NCBI GenBank assembly: GCA_963701025.1
Contig: OY969557.1
Span: forward strand, 36,849-100,848
Direction: 5' to 3'
DNA: 64,000 bases
From: an uncultured bacterium
GTDB taxonomy: Bacteria; Patescibacteriota; Minisyncoccia; Phycocordibacterales; PALSA-1337
A program made the position numbers and the translations under genes. Numbering within the stretch: the stretch's first letter is position 1; each line of letters starts with the position of its first letter. The notes beneath the pieces are model-generated. The model saw only the letters and a list, made by a program, of their open reading frames with translations, ran no database searches and was not told where the DNA came from. Of this stretch, positions 31,764 to 43,471 are shown piece after piece.

Positions 31764-32906
31764 ATGAGAAAGGTCATCACCATCACCGACCCGAAGGAAA
31801 AGGAGCTTCTGGCGCGGCTCGAAAAACAGACCGACTTCAAAAGTCTGCGCATCAAGAGGCTTTTGGCTTTGCCGGACTTGACCAAGAAATCTCATTCGCC
31901 GGTCAAGATCTTGGTCGACCAAATATTGAAATTGCCGCGCTTCGAGGATTTCGATATCGTGGATTTCCCGCGTATAGTCACTGTCGAGCAGGACTTCGAC
32001 CTATTGAACACGCCGAAAGAACATCCTAGCAGAAAGGAAACGGACACGTATTATCTCAACGATAAATATCTTTTGAGGACGCAGATGACGGCGTTCTGGT
32101 CTTTTTATTTGAAAGACGAGGAAGTCTTGAAAAGGCTCGAAACGGAAGGGGAGATAAAGGCTTTGGCACCTGGCATAGTCTACAGAAAAGACGAAATAGA
32201 CCGCCATCATTTTCCGGCTTTTCACCAGATAGACGGTCTGCTTATCTGCAAGAAGACAAAGAGGGTCATCACCCAGGATGATCTGAAGGATGTTCAGGCC
32301 GATCTGGCGAAAGGAATATTCGGTGCGGACATCAAGTACCAATTCTTGGACGATGAATTTCCGTATACGGTTGAAAGTCTCGAGATGGACATCATGTTCA
32401 ACGGAAAGTGGCTCGAAGTCAACGGCGCCGGCCTGGTCAATCCCGTGGTCTTGAAGAATTTCGGCCTTAACCCGGAGATATACAATGGCTGGGCCTTCGG
32501 CTTCGGCGATAGATTGGCCATGATAAAAATGGGCATCCCTGATATCCGCATCCTCTGGTCCGAAGACCCACGCATCACCGGACAATTCAAGGATATAGAC
32601 AGTAAGTTCAAGGAAGTCAGCAAATATCCGTCCACTCTGCGCGATATATCGTTTATCGTGGACAAGAGCGTCAGCTTGAACAATTATTATGAGATCGTGC
32701 GCGAATATGCCGGAAATCTGATCGAAGAGGTGAAACTTCTGGACAAGTATGAAAACGCAGAAAAATTTGGCGAGGATAAGACCAGCTACACCTTCCGTAT
32801 CGTCTATTGCTCGCCTGAGAGGACTCTGACCAATGAAGAGGTGAATGTCGTACAGGAAAAGATCATAGATAAGACCAAGGTGGAATTAAAAGCGATTGTG
32901 AGATAA
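31764..32906 (+). CDS. pheS: Monomeric phenylalanine-tRNA ligase (catalytic domain + FDX-ACB)
   Basis: HPSRKETDTYY, LLRTQMT, YRKDEIDRHHFPAFHQ, GWAFGFG, RDISF, ERTLTNEEVN. Confidence 0.9.
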   Translation: MRKVITITDPKEKELLARLEKQTDFKSLRIKRLLALPDLTKKSHSPVKILVDQILKLPRFEDFDIVDFPRIVTVEQDFDLLNTPKEHPSRKETDTYYLNDKYLLRTQMTAFWSFYLKDEEVLKRLETEGEIKALAPGIVYRKDEIDRHHFPAFHQIDGLLICKKTKRVITQDDLKDVQADLAKGIFGADIKYQFLDDEFPYTVESLEMDIMFNGKWLEVNGAGLVNPVVLKNFGLNPEIYNGWAFGFGDRLAMIKMGIPDIRILWSEDPRITGQFKDIDSKFKEVSKYPSTLRDISFIVDKSVSLNNYYEIVREYAGNLIEEVKLLDKYENAEKFGEDKTSYTFRIVYCSPERTLTNEEVNVVQEKIIDKTKVELKAIVR

Positions 32907-32967
32907 ATTAAAAATACCTCTCCGTATGGTGGTGGAGAGGGCGATAAATACAAAATATAAATGATTA

Positions 32968-33360
32968 GGGCCCGGTCCGCTTCGACTTGGTGTCGTGCGC
33001 TACCGGGACCCCGTCTCGTGCTGTATTTGCTCGAAGGATGTGATTGCCCAAGCAAATTCGGCGGGCGTAACATCAATCGAATTCCTCATTCGCTTTGCAT
33101 AGCGAAGGGCACCTCGGAGATCAGACAACAGTTGCAATACATGTCATCTGGTCAGGTGGACCGACGGTTTTCAAATGAGCCTCCCCAGCGTTCGCACCAA
33201 CCTGGCGCGATTTAGAGGGGGTTCCCATGAACCGTCACAGCACATGGCCTTGCTACTTTTGCCGATGAACATCGCGCGTCACAATTGACCGCACGGTGAC
33301 CAAATAAACCTAGAACTCAAGCTCCCTGGTCACTTAGGTTTCAAGGTAACTTAAGCTTCG
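32968..33360 (-). ncRNA. Candidate large structured non-coding RNA of unknown class
   Basis: Own promoter, at least 7 helices with G-U pairs on the minus strand, a long-range helix, a 3' GC hairpin, and no credible ORF. Confidence 0.6.
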
Positions 33361-33366
33361 TACGAT

Positions 33367-33394
33367 AGTGTAACATACCCACATCATTTGTCAA
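33367..33394 (-). promoter_or_regulatory. Sigma70-type promoter for the candidate ncRNA
   Basis: TTGACA-16 bp-TACACT with extended -10 TG. Confidence 0.65.
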
Positions 33395-33554
33395 GCCCTA
33401 AAATAAATCAATCATCTACACACCTCAAACAGGTCCACAATGTGTATAAGAATCCCTTTATTTTAAGCCACATTTTCACTATTTTGAGGCGTGCATTTTA
33501 GGTTTGAATTTGGTACAATGAGGGCACAAAAGCTTTCCGCTTTTTTCGTTATAG

Positions 33555-35779
<2,225 letters not shown>

Positions 35780-35788
35780 GATTGATAA

Positions 35789-35974
35789 TTATTTTGTTAA
35801 ATAGACGCTTAGGATCCAGCACAACAAGGACAATATTACGCCCCCGGCAACCAATATAAAGTTTGCACTATGCCCGACGATAGGTTCGATCAGGATTGAG
35901 GCAAAGAAAACCTGACCGACGTCGTTCAATACGTCTTTGATGGTCTCGCTTCTTTTCTGTGTGATAAAAATCAT
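35789..35974 (-). CDS. Small 2-TM protein
   Basis: DVLNDVGQVFFASILIEP...LSLLCWILSVYL. Confidence 0.55.
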   Translation of the reverse strand: MIFITQKRSETIKDVLNDVGQVFFASILIEPIVGHSANFILVAGGVILSLLCWILSVYLTK

Positions 35975-36082
35975 TGAACGACGGGCATATGTTAACGAAC
36001 TAAGACGTGACCTGACCAGTCACGCCATAATGATATTCCCTAAAAATTTTCAGTCAATATGTACTGGCGGATTAAATTGTGA

Positions 36083-36568
36083 TCAAATCGTCTTCACCTT
36101 CAATTTCGACTCGCGCTTCTTGTCGAGCCTCGGCAATTTCAATATGAGAAGGCCATGCTTCTCGACGGCCTCGGCTTCATCGACGTCTATCTCTTCAGGC
36201 AGGGAAACGGTGCGGGAGAACGAGCCCCAGTAGAGTTCGCGGGTCAAGTAGTCGCCTTCGCCGGCTACGCGTTCCTCCTCGCGATGGCCGCGGATAGTGA
36301 CCAGGTCGCGAGTGATGGATACGTCGAGGTCTTCCGGCCGCACTCCGGCGATCATGCTCTTGACCACGATCATCTCCGGCGTCTGATAGACGTCTACGGT
36401 GAGCTCGCCGTCGCTCTCGGTCTCCTCCATCCACGAGTCGCCTTCCACGGAGAGCTTCCGACCGCCGTTGCCGTTATGGCTGGCCTTTTTGACTGATGAA
36501 GGAGCGTCGTCTTCCATGCGCACCGCGCCGGTCAACCGCTCGAAGAATGATCTCTTGTCTTTGGTCAT
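36083..36568 (-). CDS. Hsp20 small heat shock protein
   Basis: VDVYQT, ELYWGSFSRTVSLP, GLLILKLP. Confidence 0.93.
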   Translation of the reverse strand: MTKDKRSFFERLTGAVRMEDDAPSSVKKASHNGNGGRKLSVEGDSWMEETESDGELTVDVYQTPEMIVVKSMIAGVRPEDLDVSITRDLVTIRGHREEERVAGEGDYLTRELYWGSFSRTVSLPEEIDVDEAEAVEKHGLLILKLPRLDKKRESKLKVKTI

Positions 36569-37254
36569 GATAGTTGTGGATGGACTGCTTTTATCTCTTC
36601 AAATAATATGATGACTATGACCACCGCGCCCCAGACCCAGCCGAAAGTCTTCAGGGTATCAGTGGAATTTGCGCTTATTATAGACAAATTGAAGGCCGCG
36701 TGCAATGCGATGGCCCCTGCAAGGCCGACAATGGCGGCCAGCGATTTGGCTATATAGCGGTGATAGAAGGCGTAGCCCAGCGTGAAGCCGATGAAGCTCG
36801 ACGATACCACGTGGACCAGGGTAGCCCCGATGAAGCGCATATTGCCGGTGACGATGGCCTGGGAGACGGCGCCGTTCGACAGGGGCCCCAAGATGAAAAG
36901 GGTGTTCTCCACCGCGGCGAAGCCGAGAGCGACCGTGGCGCAATAGATCATGGCGTCGATAGGTTCTTCATTCGCCCGGGTGTGGAGAGCTACGGCCATG
37001 ACCACGATGAATTTCAGGATCTCCTCCGTCGCCGCCCAGAGCGTGTAGCGAAGCGAAATATCCGAAACGGCGTCGGCGATGGCTTTCTCGGCGAATACGG
37101 CGATGATGACCGCCGCCATGCCGCCCAGGAAACAGCCGAATATGATACTGCGGTGGCGTCTGTGCGCTTGATCTTCGTGGACGAAGAAGAAGAGCCAGAG
37201 AAGAGAAGGCAGGAGTCCGGCGATGAGAGAGTAAAGGAAGGAGTTAAAGGCCAT
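36565..37254 (-). CDS. prsW: PrsW-family intramembrane protease
   Basis: TEEILK, GFAAVEN, LVH, LHAAFN. Confidence 0.9.
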   Translation of the reverse strand: MAFNSFLYSLIAGLLPSLLWLFFFVHEDQAHRRHRSIIFGCFLGGMAAVIIAVFAEKAIADAVSDISLRYTLWAATEEILKFIVVMAVALHTRANEEPIDAMIYCATVALGFAAVENTLFILGPLSNGAVSQAIVTGNMRFIGATLVHVVSSSFIGFTLGYAFYHRYIAKSLAAIVGLAGAIALHAAFNLSIISANSTDTLKTFGWVWGAVVIVIILFEEIKAVHPQLS

Positions 37255-37423
37255 ATTGGCTCTATTATACGATTTTCGCCGCCGGTATGCATGGGCTTGA
37301 CAATATAACCTATCTTTGATAGAAAGAGGGCTGAAATAATTTAGGCACAAATATCAGGAATCGGAGTTTGCCGTGTGGCAATATCTTCAGGAACTGAAAT
37401 TTGATGGCAACACACATTGACAT

Positions 37424-38446
37424 ATGAAAAAGAACAGTCTCCCCATGACGGGGAAATCGGTCGTTGCTATTCTGGCGACCTTGGTTTCCATAACCTTCGC
37501 AATCCAACCCGCTTTGGTACGGGCCACCAACGTCTCGTGGTTCTCGGTACCGGTATCGCTTCCCAATGACGCGAGTCCGCCGTTCCCGACTGCACGCGAC
37601 CTGTTGCTGAATGGGCTTGCGCTTCACGGCGGCAATCCCATCGCCACCGGCTCCCGTTCGAATAATGCCGCGGGAGTCGAGCTCAAGAGCTGCTTCGAAG
37701 CCGGCGACGCCATCGTCGTCGACCCGAACCAGACGACGAATCGGATATGGCGCGGAGTTCTGAACTTATCCAATCCCTTCTATACCAACCTCTTGGGCAA
37801 TCGTATCTATGACACGGTCCTCGTGGTTGGGAACGGACAAAAAGTCTCGTTACGCGGCTTGAGTTGCAGCGTCATCGACACTGGCGGTGTGATGGATAAC
37901 AACACTTCGTTGATAACCAACGACATGAGCGTGAGCAGGATCGGCATCATTCGCGGTTCACAAGGCGGATTGTACGATAATGACGCCCAGGTCCTCACGT
38001 CTGGTTCCGGCGATATGCAAGTTGATGCCATCTTGTGGATTGGCGCCCGGGCAGCCGTAAGCGTTACGAGCCAAACCGGCATTGACGCTTTCAACGCCTA
38101 CATCGGGACGGGAAAGACCATAAGGTTCGTCTATTCCTACACGGGGACAAACAATTCCGGGACATACACCGAAAAATACGAGCGGGATGCGTATCTCTTT
38201 CAGCAGGGTCAGATTCCAGCGCGTTGCCAGGGGATGGAAATATTCCTTATGTCCGGTGGTGAACTGTTCTCACTCGTCAACTTCAGTGAGGCCGACACCT
38301 TCACGGTCTGGACCGGTCGAAATCTGCTTATTCCATTGGGTCTGCAGACGACAATCGCCACGACTGGTTTCTCGGTCATGATCCCGTTCACATACAATGG
38401 GACGAATGATCAGGGGTATGTTCACTGCGTACTAAATACTCCGTAA
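37424..38446 (+). CDS. Hypothetical secreted protein
   Basis: Signal peptide, beta-rich, own TTGACA promoter near 37297 and terminator at ~38473-38506. Confidence 0.7.
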   Translation: MKKNSLPMTGKSVVAILATLVSITFAIQPALVRATNVSWFSVPVSLPNDASPPFPTARDLLLNGLALHGGNPIATGSRSNNAAGVELKSCFEAGDAIVVDPNQTTNRIWRGVLNLSNPFYTNLLGNRIYDTVLVVGNGQKVSLRGLSCSVIDTGGVMDNNTSLITNDMSVSRIGIIRGSQGGLYDNDAQVLTSGSGDMQVDAILWIGARAAVSVTSQTGIDAFNAYIGTGKTIRFVYSYTGTNNSGTYTEKYERDAYLFQQGQIPARCQGMEIFLMSGGELFSLVNFSEADTFTVWTGRNLLIPLGLQTTIATTGFSVMIPFTYNGTNDQGYVHCVLNTP

Positions 38447-38569
38447 ATTCAGCCTGTTTGCTCATTACACACATGCAAAGCCGCCCCCGAGCGACTTTGC
38501 ATTTTTACTTGACAAAGTTATGTTTTATGATAGAGTCGAAATCTCTCTGAACAAGAGTATTATAAATCA

Positions 38570-39589
38570 ATGAGTCATTACTATATAACTATTATGAAGA
38601 ATAAATTGAATATTCTCGCTGGCATGGGCATTTTGGGCGCCACGGCCCTCTGCTTGGCCTTTTCTTATCCAATTATAACTCTTGCGTCCGATGACGCTTC
38701 AGCCAGTTTTAGCTCTGATTCTTCGACGAACCTGAATCAGGATGCTGTCCCTGCCGCCATTATTCCAAGCCCGGTCACTCCTGATCCGTCTACGACCCTT
38801 AATCAGGATTCGACGGGAAGTTTTACGTCTGATCCTTCTACCAATTTGAATCAAGACGCGGCCGGCAGTTTCTCTTCAGATCCTTCGACAAATCTGAATC
38901 AGGATAGCTCAGGCTCGACTGTTCCTCCCGCCACCCCTCCTTCTAACGGAGGCGGTTCAAGCTCGTCTTCCGGCGGCTCATCCGTCTCCGGTAGCGGTTC
39001 ATCTGGCAGCGGCTCTTTCCTCGGCGGCTCCGGTAGCAGTGGCGGCTTTGTCCCGCTCGCTTTCGTGGCCTCATCTGCCACGACATCGTGTCCGCTCATC
39101 ACTTCATATCTCCAATTCGGCGCGGATAATGACGGTTCACAAGTGGCCAAGCTTCAGGCCTTCCTCAAGGATAGCCAGGGCCTCGACGTCGCCGTGACCG
39201 GTACCTTCGACCAGAAGACCGAGGACGCGGTCAAGGCATTCCAGGTGAAATATCTCCCCGATGTCATGGGCCCGTGGGGCGCCACGCAAGGCTCCGGATT
39301 TGTCTATATCACTACCTCCAAGAAGATCAACGAGCTCGCCTGTAACGCGCCGCTCACTTTGACTCCTGGTGAGACCGCTATCATCAATGCGTACAAGAAC
39401 GCGGAAGCCAACGGCCAGAATGGAACCAGCACTGTCGGTCCTGCCGTTCCGGGCACGCTGAACGCGACCGGCACGCCGCTTATCGGCGTCGCTCCGGGTA
39501 ACAGCGCTAATAACCAGGCCAATACGGCATCCGTCGTGAATGCCTCGATCCTCCAGCGTCTCTGGAGCTTCATCAAAGGCCTCTTCTAA
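38570..39589 (+). CDS. Secreted peptidoglycan-binding domain protein with Ser/Gly linker and 4 short repeats
   Basis: YLQFGADNDGSQVAKLQAFL...TGTFDQKTEDAVKAFQVKY; repeats of the form xxD(P/S)ST(N/T)LNQD. Confidence 0.82.
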   Translation: MSHYYITIMKNKLNILAGMGILGATALCLAFSYPIITLASDDASASFSSDSSTNLNQDAVPAAIIPSPVTPDPSTTLNQDSTGSFTSDPSTNLNQDAAGSFSSDPSTNLNQDSSGSTVPPATPPSNGGGSSSSSGGSSVSGSGSSGSGSFLGGSGSSGGFVPLAFVASSATTSCPLITSYLQFGADNDGSQVAKLQAFLKDSQGLDVAVTGTFDQKTEDAVKAFQVKYLPDVMGPWGATQGSGFVYITTSKKINELACNAPLTLTPGETAIINAYKNAEANGQNGTSTVGPAVPGTLNATGTPLIGVAPGNSANNQANTASVVNASILQRLWSFIKGLF

Positions 39590-39613
39590 AAGACTTAATT
39601 CTCTAAAGATGGA

Positions 39614-40828
39614 CTAGGCCAATTTCTTTGTCCCGTCCGCGCGAAGCTCTCGACTACCGGTCGTGTCCATGTTTAAACTGCCCGCTATGGCGATCATGAG
39701 AGCGTTATCGCCGGATATGTGCCGCGATGGCATAAACAAAGGGATATCATATTCCTTCGCTACGCTCTCAAATCGCGCCCGCAGGACATGGTTGGCCGCC
39801 ACGCCACCGCCGATCGCGATGGCGCGTGCGCCGATCTTGTCCACTGCCGCCCGTAGTTTTGCGTCGAGAACGTCGGCTACCGCCTGTTCGAATTCGTATG
39901 ACAAGCCCTTCTTGAATGTATCCGAAAGCGTTTCGCCGTTCTTCTTCACTTCGTCGCGAACGGTATAGAGTACCGCTGTCTTGAGGCCGGAAAACGAGAA
40001 GTCCAGATCGCCGCTTTTGATCATCGGCCGCGGCAATTTTATCTGCAAAGCGGCCACCGCTTCATGAAGGGCTCCATGACGCGAGGCCTGACAGGCTTCA
40101 TGCGCGAGTCTGGCAATATGCGGTCCGCCGGGATAAGGCAAGCCGAGAAGCCGCGCGGCCTTGTCGAAAGCTTCTCCCACGGCGTCGTCTTTGGTCTGGC
40201 CGATAATGTCATACTTGCCGATAGGTTTGATCGAGACCAATTCTGTATGTCCACCGCTTATCAAAAGGGCGATAGCCGGAAGAGGAAGCTCTTTCAACTT
40301 TTGCCACGCGCCGTACGGCTCATCGGAAGCGAGGAGCGACCCGACGATATGACCCTCCATGTGGTCGATCGGAATGATGGGAATACCCCATAGTGCGCCC
40401 AAGACTCTGGCAAAATTGATGCCAACCCACAATGCCGGCTCCAGACCAGGGCCCTCGGTCACTGCGATCGAGTCTATGGCCGGTATATTTTTCAGGAAAT
40501 CGGCGTGTATCAGTGATTCATATAGATCGGGATTGGACTTTTCTAGTTCTGGCTCGAATGAGTCGAGGATGTCTTTGAATCGTCCGTCCGTCAGCTTGCC
40601 TCGCGTAGGAATGTCTTCCAAGATCCTTTCCAGCAATGGCGCTAGATTCTTGCCGTGCTCGCGCTTGGCAAGAGTAGGGAAGACGCCGCCATATGCGCTG
40701 TGAAGCTCCGCCTGCGAATGCACCAGCGATTGGATAACGCGGCATTCGAGCCCATCATTCGTGCCGCGCGCCTCTATGAGAGCGAGCGCCGTCTCATCGC
40801 ATGAGGTTTCGATGCCCAAGATGATCAT
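39614..40828 (-). CDS. tsaD: tRNA N6-adenosine threonylcarbamoyltransferase
   Basis: LGIETSCDET, GPGL, HMEGH, SGGHT, DDAVGEAFDK, FSFSGLKT, DNALMI. Confidence 0.96.
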   Translation of the reverse strand: MIILGIETSCDETALALIEARGTNDGLECRVIQSLVHSQAELHSAYGGVFPTLAKREHGKNLAPLLERILEDIPTRGKLTDGRFKDILDSFEPELEKSNPDLYESLIHADFLKNIPAIDSIAVTEGPGLEPALWVGINFARVLGALWGIPIIPIDHMEGHIVGSLLASDEPYGAWQKLKELPLPAIALLISGGHTELVSIKPIGKYDIIGQTKDDAVGEAFDKAARLLGLPYPGGPHIARLAHEACQASRHGALHEAVAALQIKLPRPMIKSGDLDFSFSGLKTAVLYTVRDEVKKNGETLSDTFKKGLSYEFEQAVADVLDAKLRAAVDKIGARAIAIGGGVAANHVLRARFESVAKEYDIPLFMPSRHISGDNALMIAIAGSLNMDTTGSRELRADGTKKLA

Positions 40829-40840
40829 ATAGAAATTATC

Positions 40841-42321
40841 TTTGTGCGCGCTGTGGGACGATATTAGAACGGAATTAACAGAAAATTCTACACCTATCTT
40901 TTTATATAGAATGCGCTAACTTCATTGTCAGTCCCAAATCAAACTTCCATACACCATTTTCTTCAACAAAACCCCATCGCATATTCCCAGAGACACCACT
41001 ACTACTAATCGTATTTAGTACTACTGAGACTTCATTATTATTGGTGTAATACGATGGTCTACAAGAACTATTGCAAAAAGTTATTTGCTTGATAGTTATT
41101 TCTTTAAAAGAAGTATTTAATTGACTGATCTTTAGTGTGCCTTGAGTTGCAGCTGAAGAGTATTCCAACACACCCTGTTGATCAGCATTTAGAAACGCTT
41201 GTTTGAAGGCATTCACCGTAGTTGTTATAGCTGAAATATCTGAATTAGATAATGTTCCAGGTGTATTACCTGATGGACTGCTTGAAACACTACTAGTTGT
41301 GCTAGCAATAGAATTAGTTTGGGTGGATGGACTTTGACCGAAAGTACTTATTATAGTCGGTGAAATATCAGTAAGAGTAAAATTATTTAACACATTATTT
41401 TCAAACCATGTAGTGAATTGGGAACTATCTGGTGTGTTGTCAACAAGAGTAGTAATCAAATAACAAGATGAGTTACTACGATAAATCAGATAGTTGCGAG
41501 TAGGGCCTAATCCTTGGTTAAACGAAGGTTGTCCAGGATTGGGATTAAAATAAACAGTTTTACCACTAATAGTACTGGTTGAGGCTTTGGAATTTTGGAA
41601 ACCACCTAAATATCCTGGACAAGTCTCGCCAATAGAATCAATTGTGAATGAAGCTGTAGCATTGCTATAAATACCTATGTCATAAAGATGAAATTGGAAT
41701 GTCGGACTACTACTTACAAAAATATGATCAGGATCGCTTGGTGCTTCTGTGAGAATTGACTGTCCAGGATACATAACTGAATATCCAGCATCATTCGAAT
41801 ACGATTTCTCTAGTTGGTTCGATAGAATGATTCTAGTTTTTTGATAATAAACTACACCTCCAATTAACACTAATAAGATAACTACAACAGTAATAGATAT
41901 GGAAAGAATATGAGATTTCTTTACGCCAGGTATAACATTAGAAGAAACTGGTACGCCTTGATTAACACCTAGAGTAGAAAAAACTTCGGTAATATCTGAA
42001 AGATTCCAACCTCCTGCAGAGATTAAATTTTGTTGTATCGTTTCTTTACTTAATCCTTGAGCTAACTGTTTCTTGATGTAATCAAGCAATTGGGGATTTA
42101 CCATAATAAGGAAAGTATATCAAATCTACACTTAATAAGCTTACATACTGTTGATATCGTTTACTCAGGAAAGTAATCAAGAAGAAAAAAGAAGAATGCT
42201 CGAAAAACTACTTTCGAACCTTTCGGTGAAAAATAAAAGTATGGCTAACTATCAATTCAAAAGTCCGTATCAGGTATTAGCAAAAACACCTAAAAATGCC
42301 AATATCGAACTATTGTGCGCG
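40841..42321. mobile_element. Degenerate island integrated at the 3' end of tRNA-Val
   Basis: TTGTGCGCG direct repeat at 40842-40850 and 42313-42321, low GC, recombinase C-terminal remnant. Confidence 0.6.
40902..42104 (-). CDS. Low-GC membrane-anchored surface protein
   Basis: N-terminus QLLDYIKKQLAQG...GW, a TM helix, and a Ser/Thr-rich ectodomain. Confidence 0.75.
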   Translation of the reverse strand: MVNPQLLDYIKKQLAQGLSKETIQQNLISAGGWNLSDITEVFSTLGVNQGVPVSSNVIPGVKKSHILSISITVVVILLVLIGGVVYYQKTRIILSNQLEKSYSNDAGYSVMYPGQSILTEAPSDPDHIFVSSSPTFQFHLYDIGIYSNATASFTIDSIGETCPGYLGGFQNSKASTSTISGKTVYFNPNPGQPSFNQGLGPTRNYLIYRSNSSCYLITTLVDNTPDSSQFTTWFENNVLNNFTLTDISPTIISTFGQSPSTQTNSIASTTSSVSSSPSGNTPGTLSNSDISAITTTVNAFKQAFLNADQQGVLEYSSAATQGTLKISQLNTSFKEITIKQITFCNSSCRPSYYTNNNEVSVVLNTISSSGVSGNMRWGFVEENGVWKFDLGLTMKLAHSI

Positions 42322-42326
42322 GTATA
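42160..42326 (+). pseudogene. C-terminal remnant of a large serine recombinase-like gene
   Basis: EEKRRMLEKLLSNLSVKNKSMANYQFKSPYQVLAKTPKNANIELLCAV*, reading into the tRNA 3' end. Confidence 0.55.
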
Positions 42327-42388
42327 GGATTCGAACCTATGACCCTTCCCACGTCAAGGGAATGCTCTACCAACTGAGCTAACCGCGC
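42316..42388 (-). tRNA. tRNA-Val(GAC)
   Basis: Anticodon arm TTCCC-TTGACGT-GGGAA; T loop GTTCGAAT. Confidence 0.95.
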
Positions 42389-42469
42389 GGATTATTTATG
42401 TGGGGACACTATAGCAGAAACGGCGGAAAAATCTATGGGAGCCGATGGCCGACAGTTTCAGCTCTGAAT

Positions 42470-43450
42470 CTATTGCGTAATCGTCTCCTTCTTCTCGATC
42501 TGTTGTCCATTCTTCGTATAGATGCTGTGGTCATTCTGGGCTAACGCGACGGTGATGATGTGCGTCCCCGGTTGAAGATCATCCAAGTGATACCACAGTC
42601 CGTAGACGACATGGAGCGTATCGTCGACATACAGATGGACATGGCCTTGATCAGGAACGGGTGCTCCGTTCACGTCTTGCGGAGTGAAGAGAAAGTTTGT
42701 GGTCGTGATATGCACGTCCCATCCTCCCATCGAAACCGGGTCTCGGGTGATGGTAAAATCGACCGTAGGAGTCGGATATGCCGCCGGAATCTCGTAAGTC
42801 TTGAGCATCATGCCCATGGGCGCCATGGCGCCCGGTCCCGTTTTTACGGACGATTGCGACGGGAATACGGTGACGAGGAGCATCGATCCCAAAACCACCA
42901 CCGTAAGGATCAAGACTCTGGTAAGGCGCGGTGTTGCCTCAGCGACGCTCTTATCTTTAGCGACATCTCTCCACAGGAAAAAATCCGGCCATCTCCGTGA
43001 TAAAAATGAATCCAAACTGTATGTCCTCCAGCTCGCCCCGACGAATAGGGCTATCAGGACAAATGCGTAAATGATCGCCGCGCCTATATCAGTCGAGCCG
43101 GGTCCATATGGACCGCCGAATCCTTCGCCTATAGACCAGATGAGAAGCGAGAAGGCTATGCCGACGATGAGTCCGACCCTAGTCAGCAGACCGAAGATGA
43201 GGCTTATGGCGATCGCCGATTCTATAAGCGCGACGAGCACGGCGAGCAGGTGTGGATGCCAGCTCGCTATTCCCGCCCACATATCTATCCAGGACATCAC
43301 CCATGCCGGCTGGCCGCTCGTCATCGAAGAGATCTGATCATATAGACCGTCGAGAAAAGCGGGTTGCCATTTCATGTACGCGTCGATCAGCCAAATAAAG
43401 CCGAAAGCGATGCGCAAGAGGGCAAACCGTCGTTCCATCTTCATGACCAT
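42470..43450 (-). CDS. DoxX/DoxD-like membrane protein fused to a C-terminal His-containing beta domain
   Basis: LRIAFGFIWLIDAYMKW, GEGFGGPYGPGSTDIGAAIIY; GHVHLYVD...PGTHIITVALAQNDH. Confidence 0.8.
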   Translation of the reverse strand: MVMKMERRFALLRIAFGFIWLIDAYMKWQPAFLDGLYDQISSMTSGQPAWVMSWIDMWAGIASWHPHLLAVLVALIESAIAISLIFGLLTRVGLIVGIAFSLLIWSIGEGFGGPYGPGSTDIGAAIIYAFVLIALFVGASWRTYSLDSFLSRRWPDFFLWRDVAKDKSVAEATPRLTRVLILTVVVLGSMLLVTVFPSQSSVKTGPGAMAPMGMMLKTYEIPAAYPTPTVDFTITRDPVSMGGWDVHITTTNFLFTPQDVNGAPVPDQGHVHLYVDDTLHVVYGLWYHLDDLQPGTHIITVALAQNDHSIYTKNGQQIEKKETITQ

Positions 43451-43471
43451 AGTATAGCGTATATCGTGAAA

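Noticed and set aside
32968-33011. tmRNA 5' end (GGGCCCGGTCCGCTTCGAC resembles GGGG...TTCGAC)
   Set aside because: No matching 3' T arm and CCA acceptor end, and the G-U polarity favours the opposite strand
32961-33215. 84-aa plus-strand ORF and 90-aa minus-strand ORF in the pheS-gyrB gap
   Set aside because: No RBS, no recognisable motif and atypical composition; RNA structure explains the region better
37325-37423. Riboswitch in the leader of the secreted protein gene
   Set aside because: Some pairing is possible, but I found no recognisable c-di-GMP, TPP, SAM or cobalamin consensus
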